A DNA stretch of 64,000 bases, from NCBI GenBank assembly GCA_002269645.1, contig NIVC01001525.1, positions 209,925-273,924 on the forward strand. Direction: 5' to 3'. Below, piece after piece: positions 60,301-64,000 of this stretch. Below the pieces are notes generated by a model. The model was not told the origin of the DNA. It was given only the letters and a program-made list of their open reading frames with translations, and made no database searches. The position numbers and the translations under genes were made by a program. The stretch's first letter is position 1, and every line of letters begins with the position of its first letter. The DNA comes from Macrostomum lignano (lineage: Eukaryota).

Positions 60301-63300
60301 GATAAGAGGAGAGAAGAGAGAATGGAGAGGAGAGAAAAGAGAGGCGAGGAGACAGGTGATGCAGTAGAAAGGAGGGAAGAAAGATGGGAGATAAGAAAGG
60401 AGAGGGTGAGAGCGTATAAGAGATACGAGAAATGAGAGCAGAGAGAAGAGAGAAAAGGGAAGAGAGAAAGTAGAGCGGAGACGATAGATAAGTGAGTAGA
60501 GATGAGATATGAGAGAGGAGAGAAAAGGGGAGAGATAAGAGAGAAGATAGGAGAGTAGACAGAAGAGGATACAGACGAAAGACGAGGGAGAAGAGATAAA
60601 TAAGGGAGTAGAGATGAGAAAAGAGAGAGAAGAGATAAGCGAGAAGAGTAGGAATAGAGGAGAGAGAGAAGCGAGAGAAGGGAGAGAGGAGGGAGAAGAG
60701 AGATGAAAGATCATAGATGAGAGAGATGAAAGTGTAAAGAGGAGTAATTAGTGAGGAGAAAGAAGAGAGTAAAAATAAAAATCAGAGCGCAGGGCGCAAG
60801 AGATGAGAGATGGGAGTTGATAGATTGTAGAGGATTTGGAAATGATTTGGAAGATGGGATTCAATTCATGGAATTTCAGCTGATAGGAGTTCTTCCCCTT
60901 CAGAATTCCGGTGATGGGAGTTCTTCCCCTTTCTCCTCCGAAGGAGGAGTTCCACTCGTATATACTAAAGTTGACGTGTTGTTTGTCTGTCTGTCTGTGT
61001 GTCTGTCTGTCATTTCGACAACTCCTCCTTGAATAGTGCCAACTCAGCGTTGAAACTTATATGGGAAGATTGGAAATTATCCGAGGTCGGCTATAGGCTA
61101 TTTTAATTCTGAAATTTTAATTTCTAAGATCCTCAAAAAAGCAGAAAACGGCGGTCTTGACCTTTGATAATCTTAATTGTCCCCTCTTTCTGCTTGGAGC
61201 TGAAAAATGCATGAATTTTAGTGATTGCGCCACAACTTTTCCCTATCTCTGTAGTGTATTTTCTTTCCAGTGGGGGGTGGGAGCGTTCTCAGTGGCTGCG
61301 TGTGTACACTTGGACCCTGGCTCACTGGCTGACTTTATAGATAATTGCGCAATGATATGGCTACTGATAAGTTTTCCTGCCTTTCAATGGCAGTCCTGTG
61401 TATTTGTTGGACATTGAAATTCAATGCATCAACTTGCAAGCAGGCAGTGAACGTACACTCGATACTTCAATGCTATAAATCAGACAGTTTCAAACGCTAA
61501 CTGTTCTCGAGTTTTAAACTTTGAGAGGAGAAACTTATATTGCTGGCAAGATCTTGCAACGCTGAGTTCGGGGATATAAGTTGTTTGCTTTAAATATGAA
61601 AAGAAAAAGCACAGCATTTGAAAAACTATTTCCACACTTTTAACTTTCTGCAAAGATTGCACTCAGTTTTGCGAGACGTAATAGATAAAGTTTGGGGGAG
61701 GGTTCAACTTCTTACTGCTGCTGTGTATTGGAGGGTTGATTTAGATTGCGCAATGTTTTTCTTAACTTTAACTGAGACTGATACTGACTGACTGTGAAAT
61801 CGGTTGCGCCATCAATTTGTTTTATTATCTGTGCCTTTCAATAGGCTGCCCTGTGTAATAGCCAGCCTGTGTAATGAATGAATAAATTTGCGAGCCTCTT
61901 TGGCAGGCAGTGAACGTACACGCGATATTTCAATGCCTTAAAACGGGAACTTTCAAACGCTAACTGCTCTTCGAGTTCTAAACTTTAAGAGAAGATACTT
62001 ATACTGCTGAAAAGATCTTGCAACGCTGAGTTCGAGGATATAAATTGTTTGCTATAAATATAAAGACTAAAAGAGCAGCATCAAAAAAACTATTTCCATA
62101 CTTTTAGCTTTATGCAAAGATTGTACTCATTTTTTGGTTCAATGCCCCCAACAGTTCGGCGTTCAATTTCTAACTGCTACTGCGTATTGAAAAGGGGTCG
62201 GTCTCTGTGTACTGGAGGGTTGATTTAGATTGCGCAATCTTTTTGTTAACTTTAACTGAGACTGATACTGACTGACTGAGAAATCGGTTGCGCAATCAAT
62301 TGATTCAATTGGTTCAATTTTTATTTGAACACGCAGCTGTGTGTAGCTTTAACCCTAACCCTAACCCTAACAATAACCCTAACCAATGAATCCTGATATT
62401 TATTTTTTTTGACGGAGAAAATTTCGATTGAGTCCAGTTTAAAAGAGAGAATTTCGATGGTTTTCAGTTTCACGGAAAGGATTTCGAAGGAGTCCAGTTT
62501 CACGGAGAGGATTTCGATGGTTTTCAGTTGCACGGACAGGATTTCTGCTTCGCGGAGAGGATCTTGATGGATTTGGCATCTTCAATCAGTCAGAGAAAAG
62601 AGTAAAGAGAAGAATGAAAGCAGAAGAGAGATGAGATGATAGAAAACAGAGTAGAAATAAGTGGAGATATTAGACATGACAGATTGGAGAGAAGAGGGGA
62701 TTTAGGCGGGAACGAAGAGGGAGAGAGAAGAAAAGAGGAGAGAGGAGAGAAAATAGATTAGTGATAAGAGCGTACAGAGAAAATAGAAGAGAGGGGAGAG
62801 TAGAGGAGAAAGAAAGAGTGAGATGAGGGGATGAGGGATGAGAGAGGAGGGGAGACAGGAGAGACAAGAAAGGAGAAAAGAGGGGAGAAAGGAGAAAGGA
62901 GAGAGTAGAGACGAAGGACCAGTTTGAAGATATAAATACGGTAGTAGAGATGAGAGGAGAGATAGGAGAGAGAAGCGAGAGAAGAAGCGAGAGGAGAAGA
63001 GAAAGAGGAGAGAGGAGAGAGATGAAATAGATAAGAGAGTTAGAGAGGAAAGTAGTGAGGAGAGGAGAGATGAGAGATGCGATGATAAGAGATGAGTGAG
63101 AACATAAGAGAGAAGAGAGAAGAGATTAGAGAAGAGAGGGGAAAGATAAAGAGCAAGGGAGGAGAAAAGAGAGAATGGAGAGGATAGAAAAGAGAGAAGA
63201 GAAGAGACAGGGAAAAGTGAAAGGAGGAAAGAAAGATTGGAGACAAGTAAGTGGAGTGTGAGAGCGTATATGAGATATGAGAAATGAGAGCAGAGAGGAA

Positions 63301-64000
63301 AGAAAAGAGAAGAGAGAGAGGGTTAAGAGAGACGATAGATAAGTGAATAGGGATGACATATAAAAGAGAGAGAAGAGGAGGAGAGATAAGAGAGAAGAGA
63401 GAAGACAGGAGACAGAAGTGAAAGGAGAGATATGAGAGAAGAGAGGAGACAAGAGACAGGAGAGGGTACAGACGAAAGACGAGGGAGAAAACATAAATAA
63501 GGGAGTACGGGTAGAGATGAGATGAGAGAGAGAGAGAGAAGAGAGTCACGATAATAGCACAGAGTGGAGAGAGTAGATATGAGAGACGTGAGAGTCTTTG
63601 AGCTATGGTCTTTGAAATTTTCTAAAGAATTTGGAGACGATTTGGAAGATAGGGTTCAAGACATGGAATTTCAGTTGATGGATATTTCAGGGAATGGAAT
63701 TCCGGTGATGGGAGTTCTTCCCTTTCTCCTCCGAAGGAGGAGTTCCACTCGTATATACTAAAGTTGACGCGTTGTTTGTCTGTCTGTCTGTGTGTCTGTC
63801 TGTCATTTCGACAACTCCTCCTTGAATAGTGGCAACTCAGCGTTGAAACTTATATGGAAGATTGGAAATTATCCGAGGTCGGCTATAGGCTATTTTAATT
63901 CTGAAATTTTAATTTCTAAGATCCTCAAAAAAGCAGAAAACGGCGGTCTTGACCTTTGATAATCTTAATTGTCCCCTCTTTCTGCTTGGAGCTGAAAATT
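54150..64000 (+). mobile_element. Head-to-tail array of non-autonomous Helitron units (at least 6, about 0.9-2.8 kb each)
   Basis: TATACTAAAGTT 5' heads with (GTCT)n; 3' hairpin CTCCTCC/GGAGGAG plus CTCG abutting the next head at 58443, 60958 and 63751; internal AG-rich, roughly 30-bp minisatellite and (CCCTAA)n blocks. Confidence 0.8.

Noticed and set aside
44424-63549. Leu/Ser-rich membrane-like ORFs on the minus strand
   Set aside because: Reverse complement of AG-rich low-complexity Helitron filler.

Overview
Eukaryotic (animal, probably invertebrate) genomic DNA with short GT-AG introns and dense repeats. No rRNA, bona fide tRNA or CRISPR array was seen. (1) A complete 14,043-bp Polinton/Maverick (adintovirus-type) element lies at 3333-17375, with AGTAG...CTACT termini, 261-bp TIRs and a 6-bp TSD (AAAACA). 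It encodes PLA2, integrase, a pX-like protein, a frameshifted pPolB, protease, packaging ATPase and major/minor capsid proteins. (2) It is inserted 21 bp upstream of the ATG of a spliced gene I reconstructed by hand (10 exons, 17397-28656, 5367 nt, about 1788 aa, all splice phases consistent). The product is an unknown N-terminal domain, many ankyrin repeats and a cGAS/Mab-21 nucleotidyltransferase, i.e. a candidate cGAS-like receptor. (3) The 5' part of this locus and its head-to-head neighbour gene are duplicated at 39.4-54.0 kb, supplying empty sites that confirm several insertions. (4) Intron 2 of the receptor gene holds a roughly 630-bp TIR element resembling the Polinton terminus and carrying a relic of Polinton ORF1 (candidate non-autonomous mini-Polinton). 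Other elements: three LTRs of one family, a Penelope fragment with two hammerhead ribozymes, tRNA-derived SINEs, a 10.8-kb CCC-ended DNA transposon, a MULE-like foldback, a head-to-tail Helitron array (54-64 kb) and several minisatellites. All calls come from manual reading and motif recall; no searches were run.
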